Assembly: GCA_964486025.1 (NCBI GenBank)
Contig: CAZAKL010000002.1
Location: 2,312-66,311, forward strand
Source of the DNA: an uncultured archaeon
Lineage (GTDB): Archaea; Iainarchaeota; Iainarchaeia; JAADDC01
Reading direction: 5' to 3'
Length of the DNA stretch: 64,000 nt
Part shown: piece after piece, positions 9,038 through 17,692 of the stretch
Layout: every line of letters begins with the position of its first letter
Position numbering within the stretch: position 1 is the stretch's first letter
Program-made: the position numbers and the translations under genes
Notes under the pieces: generated by a model
Told to the model about the DNA's origin: nothing
Seen by the model: only the letters and a program-made list of their open reading frames with translations
The model's database searches: none

Positions 9038-9757
9038 GTGCCACCCTCATCGCTCAAAGAGCGGCGCCGCTTCTACAGCTCCTTTGACGCTAGTTCTGCC
9101 TTCTCTTGGGCAAAGATGGTAACGCCCCGACCCGTTTTTGCCATAAACCCGGGATGGAACACGCGTATCGTTCACCCTCGCCTGCGTGCCCTCGTCTTCA
9201 AGCGAAACGTACGTATGATATGGTTGCGGGACGTTTCGTCTCCGGAGGACCTGCGCCGCAAACTGCTCAAATATCTGCCAGAGGGTGTATACTACTGGCG
9301 CAACGTAGTTTCTGACCCATCTCTATGTGCTGGATGCTCCCTGAGATTCTTCCGCCGCCACAACCTTTGTGCGAACTGTCCAAATTTTCTGGGGCAGGAG
9401 CTCATGTTTGACATTGACCCTGAGCGCATACCCTCGCAGCGATTCGAGGATTTAAAGGCTGCGGTCCTCGGGGCATACGATTACCTTTCTGAGATGTTTT
9501 CAGACCTGCGGGTCGTTTTCTCCGGCCGCGGTTTTCATATACACGTCTTTGACCCCGATGCCTTTTTGCTCCCCATATCCGAGCGGAGACGGCTCGTTGA
9601 TGAGCTACGGATGTACGGGGTTGATTCGCAGGTAACCGCTGGCGGCGCGTCTCTTGCCAGACTTCCCTTTACGTTGAACGGGAGGTCGGGGTTCGTTGTA
9701 CAGCCGCTGGAAGTGGAAAAAATAGATGGTTTTGACCCTTACCATTCTTCATCGTAA
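9038..9757 (+). CDS. second, minimal archaeo-eukaryotic primase (PriS-like AEP) paralog
   Basis: Motif I ELMFDIDP, motif II FSGRGFHIHV, motif III VDSQVT..LARLPFTLN; CxxC..CxxC insert; GTG start. Confidence 0.8.
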   Translation: MPPSSLKERRRFYSSFDASSAFSWAKMVTPRPVFAINPGWNTRIVHPRLRALVFKRNVRMIWLRDVSSPEDLRRKLLKYLPEGVYYWRNVVSDPSLCAGCSLRFFRRHNLCANCPNFLGQELMFDIDPERIPSQRFEDLKAAVLGAYDYLSEMFSDLRVVFSGRGFHIHVFDPDAFLLPISERRRLVDELRMYGVDSQVTAGGASLARLPFTLNGRSGFVVQPLEVEKIDGFDPYHSSS

Positions 9758-9900
9758 TCTTCATCGTCTAAGTCCTCGTCTTCGTCCCAGTCCTCGTCCT
9801 ATTCATCTTCGTCCCAGTCTTCCTCTTCCCACTCCTCTTCGTCGATTTCCTCGCCCTCGTAGTAGTCTTCGTCCTTGAGCTCCTCCTTCTCCTCCACCAT
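9739..9900 (-). CDS. highly acidic mini-protein with in-frame TAG at 9799-9801 (33 aa if stopped, 53 aa if read through)
   Basis: MVEEKEELKDEDYYEGEEIDEEEWEEEDWDEDE*DEDWDEDEDLDDEDYDEEW*; own TATA (TTTATAAA 9929-9936). Not in the ORF track. Confidence 0.6.
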
Positions 9901-9928
9901 GGCAATCGCTATGAACGGTTAAGTAGGG

Positions 9929-9959
9929 TTTATAAATCTCGTGCTTGCGCATTTAAATA
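9929..9959. promoter_or_regulatory. back-to-back TATA boxes of a divergent promoter
   Basis: TTTATAAA 9929-9936 lies about 29 nt before ATG 9900 (-); TTTAAATA 9952-9959 lies about 23 nt before ATG 9982 (+), consistent with leaderless starts. Confidence 0.65.
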
Positions 9960-9981
9960 CTTCCAGGGCGTATTTTCTCTG

Positions 9982-10743
9982 ATGGCTCTGTTCAAGAGGG
10001 TTCTGGCGGACGCTGCAGATGTGGGCCTCCTTGTGCTTGTAATTCTATTCCTCTACGGCCTCTTCTACGCGTTCGGCTCGGTCCTTTCATCCGTTCAGTC
10101 TGCATACGTTCTCACCATTCTCAGCTCTTCGAATCCGATTCTATCCATGCGGCCAGCGTTTTACGATGCTCTCTCTTCCCTGAGTGACCCCCTGACGCTT
10201 CTTTCCATGCTCATTTATGGCATACTTCTGACGTACCTCTCGCTCGTTGTCATTGGCTGGATAGGTAAAAAACGCATTGGCTACCCCGAGAATCCATTCA
10301 AACGGGCAGTGGAAGCGATTATACCGTTCATTATACTTGGAATCGTTGTATTTGCGCCCATTCTCCTGCTTTTCTCCCTCATGCTCTACTTCTCCTCAAA
10401 CGTTACCCTTCTGGTGACCTTTTTCGTGCTATTCCTCGTCTTTTTGCTTGTCTACGTCCCAATCGTGTCCCCTTCCATGGTTTCCCTCGTTCTCGACGCC
10501 GATTCTGTCTCCAAGGCCCTGAGGAATGGTGTGCTCGTGGGTCGGCGGAGGTGGATACGCATACTCATTTACATGTTTGGTGTGGCGGTTGTCACATCCC
10601 TCTTTCTGTATCTCTTCAACGCGATTGCGATGTACTTCCCGCCGCTCTCCGATTTCCTCCTTGTTCTCTACCAGGCGATATCCTTCGTCCTGCCACTGGC
10701 CGTGCTGACAGAGGTGTATGTGGCGGACACTTACGGTGAGTAG
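9982..10743 (+). CDS. polytopic membrane protein (about 6 TM)
   Basis: Very hydrophobic 253 aa ORF; its stop is 1 nt before the tmcA ATG. Confidence 0.7.
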   Translation: MALFKRVLADAADVGLLVLVILFLYGLFYAFGSVLSSVQSAYVLTILSSSNPILSMRPAFYDALSSLSDPLTLLSMLIYGILLTYLSLVVIGWIGKKRIGYPENPFKRAVEAIIPFIILGIVVFAPILLLFSLMLYFSSNVTLLVTFFVLFLVFLLVYVPIVSPSMVSLVLDADSVSKALRNGVLVGRRRWIRILIYMFGVAVVTSLFLYLFNAIAMYFPPLSDFLLVLYQAISFVLPLAVLTEVYVADTYGE

Positions 10744-10744
10744 A

Positions 10745-13018
10745 ATGGATTTTGTCAGGGAGGCACTTGAGGCGGCAAAGGTCACTCGTCAGCGTCGGCT
10801 CTTCGTGGTCTCCGGCGACTGGAAGAGGGGCATGAAGGTAGTGGGCAACATACTTCAAGAAGCGAAGAATTACGTGGGGAAGGACCTTCTCTACTTTGCG
10901 GAGTTTCCGAAGGAATCGGATATTGGCGAGCGCCGCTTCAAGGAGTTTGCCAGAAACATACACGGGCTTGGCTACCTCGTCCAGAAGAAGCCCTTTGCCA
11001 TGGCCAACACCGTGCTTGGCAGGACCTATGACGTCCTCGTCCTTGATGCCTATGAGAACTTCCCCCCACGGGACATAGGCATCATAGTGGAGACGGTCCG
11101 CGGTCCGGGTGTCATAATCCTCCTCGTTCCCGAGCTTCCGAAGTGGGTATCCTCTAAGCTTTACTTCCACGGGCAGTACGTCGTCACGCCGCCGTACTCC
11201 GTCGAGGACTGCAGGAACATATTCCTCAACCGGGTTGTGAAGAAGCTCTTCGAGCACGACGGCATATACATTCTCTCCGACGACGGGAAGCTCGTAAAGA
11301 AGCCAAAGGAGAAAAAGGCAAAGAAGAAGGTAAAGAGGCTGAAAATACCGAAGGACAGGGAGTTCCCCGAGGAGATATACAAACTGGCGGTTACTCAGGA
11401 CCAGATTAACGTCATACACGCCCTTGAATCCGTTCCAAAGAATAAGAAGCATGCGTACGTTGTTCTTGCAGATAGGGGGCGTGGCAAGTCTGCCGCTATA
11501 GGTCTTACCCTGGCGGGCATACTTTCCCAGAAAAAATGGGAGGTCATTGTAACCGCACCATCCTTTCAGAACGCTGAAGAGGTCTTCAAATTCATAAAAA
11601 TAGGTCTTGATGCCCTCGGAGTGGAGTATAAAGATAAGAAACGGGAGATAAGGGTCAAATCCGGCGGCGAGGTGGCATTTCTTGAACCGCTGGATACAGT
11701 GGAGCGCAAGGCGGACATACTCGTGGTTGACGAGGCAGCAGGTATTTACGTGTCTATTTTGAAGGCGTTCCTGCGGCGCTACAAGCGCATTATATTCTCC
11801 ACGACTACCCACGGCTATGAGGGAACCGGCCGCCTCTTCCAGTACCGCTTCCTCCCGGCGCTGGAGAAAAAGTTCGAGGTGCACCAGCTCCGTATGAGTG
11901 AGCCCATTCGCTACGGCGAGGGGGACCCCATTGAATCCTGGCTCTATGACGTTTTCCTCCTCGATGCAGAGCCGGCAGACCTTACAAAGAAAGACCTGAA
12001 GGAAATAGAGCAGGGTAAGCTTGTTTTCGAGAAACTGGATGTGGAGAAGCTGTTTCTTGAGGACGAGAAGACGTTGCGCCAGTTTATCGGTATTTACGTC
12101 TACGCGCATTACCGGAACAACCCGCGCGATATTGCAATCCTTGCGGATGCGCCGAACCAGAATGCCTTCGTCGTCAAGACGGAGTCCGGAAAGGTTGTGT
12201 GCTCCCTTCAGGTGGCGGAGGAGGGGGGGCTGCCAAAGGCGGTTATCGACCTGCTTAAGGAGGGAGAAATTGTCCAGGGGAACATTGTCCCCGACCTCAT
12301 GCTCAAGTACTACGGCTACGACAACTTTGCCCGCGCAAAGGGGCTGCGTGTCGTCCGAATTGCAACCCATCCTGAGCTTCAGGGGAGGGGTATCGGTTCC
12401 TTCGGCCTCAAAAACCTCATAAGCTATGCGGTGGAAAACGAGTATGCATGGGTGGGCGCAGTCTTCGGAGCATCCGAGCAGCTTCTCCGATTCTGGCTCA
12501 AGAACGGCTTTATACCTGTCCACGTTTCGCCCAAGCGCAACCCAGAGTCCGGGGAGTATTCTACGGCGGTCCTGCACCCGCTCAGACAGGCAATCAAAGA
12601 TATAATCAATGTATCGAACTTCGGTATGAAGCTGCGCCTTGCCTACGAGCTCGATAATTTCTACAGGAACATGGACCCAGAGGTTGCCCTTCAGCTTTTC
12701 GCATCGGGGGAGCGCAGGGACGTCCCGCTCGACCTCACGACGCCGGAGAAGAGAAAGCTCAAACGCATGGTGGAGGGCGGTCTGCACTACGACGCCGTCT
12801 CGGAGGTCGTATACCGCATGACGATAAACTACTTCATCGGGCGCATGGAGCCGCCCATGGAGGACAAGGACCGCCTGTATCTCATAGAGAAGGTGCTCAA
12901 GAAGCGCACGTGGAAGGGTGTGGGGGACGTGTTCAATAAGGATCCCATGAAGGTCGCGCGGCGGCTGGACAGAATCCTCTACGGGCTTGCCCGCTGGTAT
13001 CTGGGTGAGCTCTCTTGA
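10745..13018 (+). CDS. tmcA: RNA cytidine N4-acetyltransferase TmcA/Nat10
   Basis: N-terminal domain (VETVRGPG), helicase motifs ADRGRGKSA, VDEAA, TTHGYEGTG, EPIRY, AHYRNNP; GNAT RIATHPELQGRGIG. Start MDFVRE at 10745 after GGTGAG. Confidence 0.93.
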   Translation: MDFVREALEAAKVTRQRRLFVVSGDWKRGMKVVGNILQEAKNYVGKDLLYFAEFPKESDIGERRFKEFARNIHGLGYLVQKKPFAMANTVLGRTYDVLVLDAYENFPPRDIGIIVETVRGPGVIILLVPELPKWVSSKLYFHGQYVVTPPYSVEDCRNIFLNRVVKKLFEHDGIYILSDDGKLVKKPKEKKAKKKVKRLKIPKDREFPEEIYKLAVTQDQINVIHALESVPKNKKHAYVVLADRGRGKSAAIGLTLAGILSQKKWEVIVTAPSFQNAEEVFKFIKIGLDALGVEYKDKKREIRVKSGGEVAFLEPLDTVERKADILVVDEAAGIYVSILKAFLRRYKRIIFSTTTHGYEGTGRLFQYRFLPALEKKFEVHQLRMSEPIRYGEGDPIESWLYDVFLLDAEPADLTKKDLKEIEQGKLVFEKLDVEKLFLEDEKTLRQFIGIYVYAHYRNNPRDIAILADAPNQNAFVVKTESGKVVCSLQVAEEGGLPKAVIDLLKEGEIVQGNIVPDLMLKYYGYDNFARAKGLRVVRIATHPELQGRGIGSFGLKNLISYAVENEYAWVGAVFGASEQLLRFWLKNGFIPVHVSPKRNPESGEYSTAVLHPLRQAIKDIINVSNFGMKLRLAYELDNFYRNMDPEVALQLFASGERRDVPLDLTTPEKRKLKRMVEGGLHYDAVSEVVYRMTINYFIGRMEPPMEDKDRLYLIEKVLKKRTWKGVGDVFNKDPMKVARRLDRILYGLARWYLGELS

Positions 13019-13326
13019 TGCTCCACTTCCGTCCGGAGTATGAGAAGGATGTGCTCACCGGAAGGAAGAGAATCACCATACGCTACGGCAGGAAATACGA
13101 TGTGCGGCCCGGCAACATCGTTTATCTTGCTGTCCGCGGGAAGCCAATCGCCCGTGCAAAGATTACCCACGTCTACGTTAAAAAACTGAGGGAACTGAGC
13201 GAGCATGAGATAAAGATGGAGGGGTTCAAATCTCTCCATGCCCTCATAAAGCATCTGCGCAGGATATACCCAGATATCGGCCCGGACTCATACGTAACAG
13301 TCCTCCGCTGGAAACTCCTCCGATAG
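13018..13326 (+). CDS. ASCH-domain protein, YqfB-like (candidate N4-acetylcytidine amidohydrolase)
   Basis: GRKRITIR (GxKxxTxR), EIKMEGF, RIYP; ATG overlaps the tmcA TGA. Confidence 0.85.
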   Translation: MLHFRPEYEKDVLTGRKRITIRYGRKYDVRPGNIVYLAVRGKPIARAKITHVYVKKLRELSEHEIKMEGFKSLHALIKHLRRIYPDIGPDSYVTVLRWKLLR

Positions 13327-13365
13327 GTATTTATACGAGGTGTCCCTTCTTTTCAGGGTGATAGC

Positions 13366-13671
13366 ATGTGCAAGGACGCGTATACGCTTGCAATATGGAC
13401 GCTCCTGGTTGTTTCTGCCCTTGTTGGCGCGTACCAGATATATAATATAGCCATCAATCCACAGCTCGCGCCTCAGGCCATTCTGCTCTTGGCGTACGTA
13501 GCTTACGCCATGCCCATTGTCGCACTGGTTCTGTACGCCATAAAGCAGGTACGCTGGCTCTCAGCAGTCGCAGCAGCCCTTGCGGTGGCGCTTGCAAATT
13601 CCATACCAATGGCCACGTTCCTTATACTCTACATTTACGGGACGGTCAGCGGAAAGGAGCAGCGCCACTAA
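13366..13671 (+). CDS. small membrane protein
   Basis: Three hydrophobic segments; TATTTATA and GGTGAT upstream. Confidence 0.6.
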   Translation: MCKDAYTLAIWTLLVVSALVGAYQIYNIAINPQLAPQAILLLAYVAYAMPIVALVLYAIKQVRWLSAVAAALAVALANSIPMATFLILYIYGTVSGKEQRH

Positions 13672-13679
13672 TTTATAAA
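13672..13679 (+). promoter_or_regulatory. TATA box of leaderless cdc6
   Basis: TTTATAAA about 21 nt upstream of ATG 13700, followed by a pyrimidine-rich spacer. Confidence 0.6.
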
Positions 13680-13699
13680 CTCCCTTCCCTTTTTCTCTG

Positions 13700-14752
13700 A
13701 TGGGCCTCTTTGATGCGCCGAGTGCCGACATACTTCTCCGTCCCGAAGTCCTCGATACTGACTACATTCCCGATGTTCTCCCCCACAGAGAGGCCCAGAT
13801 GAGAGACATTGCATCTACAATTTCGTATGCCCTCGAGTCGGGCCGCTCTTCCAACGTATTCATTGTTGGTCCGCCCGGAACGGGTAAGACTGCCTCTGTA
13901 CGTTACGTTCTCCGGGAGCTGTCTTCGTACTCCCCGCTGACTTTCCAGACGTACGTAAACTGCTGGGTTTACCGCACACGTTACTCCATTATTTCCTTTC
14001 TCGCCAAGGAGCTGCGTGTGCCCGTCCCGCGGCGGGGGGTGGCACCGGATGAGGCATACGACCGCATATTCTCCCGTCTGAACGACTCAAGAGGCGCAGT
14101 CATAGTCCTTGACGAGGTGGACCGCCTCTCTCGCGAGTCTTCGGAGGTTCTTTACGACTTTTCACGTCTGCACGAGTTTCTGGAAATACCGGCGGTCATC
14201 ATAACGATAGCGAACACCGAATCCTTCGTGTACAGGCTGGACCCGCGCATATACTCCACGCTCTTCTCTAGGAAGATAGAGTACAAACCGTACACCGTCC
14301 CGCAGCTGAAGGACATCCTCCGCGAGCGTGCAAAGCTCGCCCTCGCCGACGGGAGCTATGACGATAACATCCTCGGCCTGTGTGCAGCCATAGGATGGAA
14401 ACGTGGGGGAGATGCCCGTGCTGCCATCTCCTGTCTTTACGAGGCGGCGGTTCTTGCCGAGCGGAGTGGGGCAGACAGGATAACTCCCGAGCATGTGCGC
14501 AGCGTTGCACCGCAAATCGTATCCTCCCGCCACGAGCATCTCGAGCCGAAGTACGTTCCCATTGTCGAGATACTCAGGGCGGAAGGGGAGCTGACCGTTC
14601 GCGAGCTCTATGAGCGTTACGTGCGCAGAGTGGGGAAGATTACCCTCCGCGCATTCCGTAACTATCTGAGGGAGCTTGAGGCCTTGGGGGTTATAGAAAT
14701 GCGCCGTCTGAATGTGCGGGGGTACGTTCGGGCGGTCCGCTTGAAGGAATGA
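13700..14752 (+). CDS. cdc6: Orc1/Cdc6 replication initiator AAA+ ATPase
   Basis: DYIPDVLPHRE, Walker A GPPGTGKT, YVNC, Walker B VLDEVD, GDARAAI, C-terminal winged helix. Confidence 0.92.
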   Translation: MGLFDAPSADILLRPEVLDTDYIPDVLPHREAQMRDIASTISYALESGRSSNVFIVGPPGTGKTASVRYVLRELSSYSPLTFQTYVNCWVYRTRYSIISFLAKELRVPVPRRGVAPDEAYDRIFSRLNDSRGAVIVLDEVDRLSRESSEVLYDFSRLHEFLEIPAVIITIANTESFVYRLDPRIYSTLFSRKIEYKPYTVPQLKDILRERAKLALADGSYDDNILGLCAAIGWKRGGDARAAISCLYEAAVLAERSGADRITPEHVRSVAPQIVSSRHEHLEPKYVPIVEILRAEGELTVRELYERYVRRVGKITLRAFRNYLRELEALGVIEMRRLNVRGYVRAVRLKE

Positions 14753-14780
14753 TTATAAATGAGCAGGGCGTTTTAACCAC

Positions 14781-15023
14781 ATGGACAACCGCGAAGTTGC
14801 CCTGGAACTGCTGAAAATATTTTTGGAGACACACAGGGAGAAGGTGGAACTGGATGAGCTTGTTGATGCGTATCTTTACATACTGGATATACTCGAGCAC
14901 GGGCACCCGGCGGAGCAGCAGGGAAATGCGCCAGCACCGGAGGGTCCCGCGCCCGGCGACAGCGGGGACGACTCTCTCTTCGACTTTAAGCAGCCGTTGA
15001 GCGTTTCTGACAAGGAAGTGTGA
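14781..15023 (+). CDS. small acidic hypothetical protein
   Basis: TTATAAA upstream; helical N-half, low-complexity C-half. Confidence 0.6.
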   Translation: MDNREVALELLKIFLETHREKVELDELVDAYLYILDILEHGHPAEQQGNAPAPEGPAPGDSGDDSLFDFKQPLSVSDKEV

Positions 15024-15761
15024 TTAGAGCCCCTCTATGGGGTACACCACTATTCCCCTTTCTCTCGTTATTTCCAGCGGGTGGACGAACTCCGAGTGCT
15101 TTGTGCCGCGCATCTTACGAACCTGTAGTGTTCTCGTTGCCCTTCCGCCAAGAGAACCGTATCTCAGAACAATTAGCCCATCTGCGACATACTCTTCCAC
15201 GCCATACTTCGAGTACACGCCTGCGTTCTCCGGAATCTCTGTCGTGACAATTGATGTGACCCCCGTCTTTGCCAGGACGTACGACATCTTCAGAATTGCC
15301 TTTCGCACCTCCACTTCCGTGTCGTACTTGAAGCCCAGCGCGGGAAGAGAGTCTACGACGAGACGCTTCGCTCCCATTTCCTTCACGGCCTTTATGACTT
15401 CCACAAGGAGTTTATCTAGGCTGAAGCCCGTCTCGGGGAGCGCGTATTCCTCCTCGGACGGTATACCCACCTTCGTAACCGTCCCGTCAATAATACGTAT
15501 CATGCCCTTGTCCTCAAGCGCCTTGAAGTCCCAGCCAAACTGGAGCATGTCTTCGCGAATCGTGGCAGGTCTCTCATCAAGAGTTACAAAGACCCCCGGC
15601 TCGCCGTAATCCACTGCTCCCCTGTATATGAACTGTGCGGAGAAAATCGTTTTCCCAGTTCCCGTGGACCCTGATACGAGGACCATCCTCCTTCTCGGTA
15701 TTCCGCCCTCTATCAGCTCATCGAGACCGTCTATTCCCGTGGGTGCGCGTTCCATGCTCAT
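15024..15761 (-). CDS. KaiC/RadC-family single-domain RecA-superfamily ATPase
   Basis: TGIDGLDELIEGG, GSTGTGKT, LVVDS, GVEEYVADG, KMRGT. Confidence 0.9.
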   Translation of the reverse strand: MSMERAPTGIDGLDELIEGGIPRRRMVLVSGSTGTGKTIFSAQFIYRGAVDYGEPGVFVTLDERPATIREDMLQFGWDFKALEDKGMIRIIDGTVTKVGIPSEEEYALPETGFSLDKLLVEVIKAVKEMGAKRLVVDSLPALGFKYDTEVEVRKAILKMSYVLAKTGVTSIVTTEIPENAGVYSKYGVEEYVADGLIVLRYGSLGGRATRTLQVRKMRGTKHSEFVHPLEITRERGIVVYPIEGL

Positions 15762-15806
15762 AGATGGAAGAGGTCATTTATATGCCCTTTGCCCCCAGAG
15801 TATATC

Positions 15807-16151
15807 GTGGCTTCCCGTCGCATGCATGCAAAGGATTTAACGATTTCTGAGGTTTCCGGCGACGGCGAGCGTGTTGCAGTTCTGTGCACGGTTGTCGAAT
15901 TCGAGCCGAATAGAATGGAGGGAAAGATTGACGACGGAACGGGTATGGCCACCTTTATACTTGAAGACTCGCTCTTCGCCGAGAAAATTCGGGAAGGCGG
16001 CCTCGTTCGCGTTGTAGGCAGGGCTTATAAATCGGAGGATGGACTATTAATTAGGGCGGAAGTCATTCAGGATATGAGCGAGGTTGACCCGGCTCTTTAC
16101 GCTCAAATACGCGAACTGGAAAGGAGGGTTTACAATGAAAGTGGTGTTTGA
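15807..16151 (+). CDS. small OB-fold protein, RPA small-subunit-like
   Basis: IDDGTG, VRVVGR, AEVIQD OB pattern; GTG 15807 fits TATA spacing (track start 15789). Confidence 0.7.
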   Translation: MASRRMHAKDLTISEVSGDGERVAVLCTVVEFEPNRMEGKIDDGTGMATFILEDSLFAEKIREGGLVRVVGRAYKSEDGLLIRAEVIQDMSEVDPALYAQIRELERRVYNESGV

Positions 16152-16884
16152 TAGCGCAGATGTTCTTAAGAAGAGTGTGAAGGCTCTTTCAGCTCTTATC
16201 GACGAAGGGGAGTTCATATTCGATGAGGAGGGCATGAAGCTGCGCGCGACTGACCCATCTAAGATTGCGATGGTGGATTTCTCCCTTCCAAAGCATGCCT
16301 TCCGCGAGTACGATGTTCCCGGTCCTGTGAAGGTGGGCCTGAATCTCTCCGACCTTCAGGACGTCTTCAAGAAGGCGAAGTCCTCAGAGTCCGTTGAAAT
16401 GTCACTTTCCGAGGACGGTTCCCGCTTCACGATTGAGCTCGTCGGCCGTGCGCGCCGCCGTTTCGTCCTGTCGGTCCTCGACCTCGGCGGTATGGAGCTT
16501 CCGCTCCCGAAGATACCATTCACCGCCACCGCAAAGGTTATAGCGGACGTATTCGCATCTGCGCTGGACGACGCATCTTCCTTCTCTACGCACGTGACCA
16601 TAGAAGTCACGCCAGAGGAATTCACGATGCGGGCGTCTGGCAGCAAGGGCGAGTACGCCCTTGAGCTGAAGAAGGACGTTCACGATGCGCTCCTCGACCT
16701 GAATGTCTCCGAGCGTGCAAGGGCATCGTACCCGCTTGACTACCTGGAGGACATGGTCTCACAGGCAAACAAGAGCGCTGCAATAACCATTTCCCTCTCG
16801 ACGGATGCGCCCCTGAAGCTGGCGTATGCGATAGGTGATGCAAACTTTGTATACTTCCTGGCGCCCAGAATAGAGACGGGTTGA
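16135..16884 (+). CDS. pcn: PCNA sliding clamp, paralog 1
   Basis: LRATDPSKIAMVD, FREY, YPLDYL, DAPLKL, YFLAPRIE. Confidence 0.93.
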   Translation: MKVVFDSADVLKKSVKALSALIDEGEFIFDEEGMKLRATDPSKIAMVDFSLPKHAFREYDVPGPVKVGLNLSDLQDVFKKAKSSESVEMSLSEDGSRFTIELVGRARRRFVLSVLDLGGMELPLPKIPFTATAKVIADVFASALDDASSFSTHVTIEVTPEEFTMRASGSKGEYALELKKDVHDALLDLNVSERARASYPLDYLEDMVSQANKSAAITISLSTDAPLKLAYAIGDANFVYFLAPRIETG

Positions 16885-16888
16885 TAGC

Positions 16889-17638
16889 ATGGAGCAGCTA
16901 CACGTCCTCCTTGAAGACCCGAAGCCGTGGAAGCAGGCGGTGGATGCCCTCTACTCCTTTCTTCCCGAGGGTGTTTTTTACTTCGGGGAAGATGGCGTCC
17001 GCCTGCGGGCGATAGACCCATCTCAAGTCGTCTTTGTGGACTTCTTTGCTCCGCGTTCCATATTTTCCAGATATGAGCTGGCGAGCTCCCCCATACGTGT
17101 TCCCCTTGACCTCAATGAGTATGCAAAGATTCTGGCGCGCGTTTCTGGAGGGGAACGGCTGAGCATGGTGCTTGAGGACGTTAATCTCTCTGTTGTCCTT
17201 GAACGACCGGACGGTTCTCTCCGCAGGGAGTTCTACGTCCCTCTTATGGATATCCCGGACCACGATGTGGAAATGTCCCCCGTTGAGGGGGCGGTCACTG
17301 TCCAAATCCTCGGCAAGATTATGAAGGATGCCCTGAAGGACGCTGGCATATTCTCGTCCTCCGCCGTCATTGTAGCACGTGACGACATATTCATGGTGGA
17401 GGCAAAGGGACAGGCGGGCGTGACGAGGACTGTTGCCAGGAAGGGCGACGCCGTCAGAATAGAGGGCGGTCCGGAGGCAGTCTCTCGTTATTCCCTCTCA
17501 TTCCTGCAGAATATTATACGTCCGGCGGACCCGGACAGCTTTGTGACGCTTTCCTTCGGCAACGACACGCCCCTGAGCATATCCTACAAGATAGGGGACA
17601 TATCGCTCCGTTTCTATCTCGCACATATGATACTCTGA
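16889..17638 (+). CDS. pcn: PCNA sliding clamp, paralog 2 (divergent)
   Basis: LRAIDPSQVVFVD, YSLSFL, DTPLSI, FYLAHMIL. Confidence 0.88.
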   Translation: MEQLHVLLEDPKPWKQAVDALYSFLPEGVFYFGEDGVRLRAIDPSQVVFVDFFAPRSIFSRYELASSPIRVPLDLNEYAKILARVSGGERLSMVLEDVNLSVVLERPDGSLRREFYVPLMDIPDHDVEMSPVEGAVTVQILGKIMKDALKDAGIFSSSAVIVARDDIFMVEAKGQAGVTRTVARKGDAVRIEGGPEAVSRYSLSFLQNIIRPADPDSFVTLSFGNDTPLSISYKIGDISLRFYLAHMIL

Positions 17639-17692
17639 CGGTTCACATTTCGAACCTTTTCTCTTTTTGTAGCGTTTCCCCCAAGTTATACC

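Noticed and set aside
9739..9900. Treating the TCx-rich low-complexity tract as a CRISPR array or DNA tandem repeat
   Set aside because: There is no repeat-spacer periodicity; the triplet pattern is explained by Asp/Glu codons on the minus strand.
10616..12787. 723-aa antisense ORF opposite tmcA (also long antisense ORFs opposite secF, polB, polC, pus10 and srp54)
   Set aside because: No recognisable motifs; explained as shadow ORFs from the codon bias of the sense genes.
13324..13671. TAG readthrough fusing the ASCH protein to the in-frame downstream membrane ORF
   Set aside because: The frame is open for 13 codons, but the spacer has its own TATA (TATTTATA) and RBS (GGTGAT), the ASCH domain is already complete, and such phasing is likely by chance.
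13327..14780. Replication origin next to cdc6
   Set aside because: Flanking gaps are only about 28-40 nt and contain TATA boxes; no ORB repeats or AT-rich unwinding element seen.
15024..15761. KaiC-based circadian clock
   Set aside because: Single-domain ATPase with no KaiA/KaiB neighbour; such paralogs are common in archaea.
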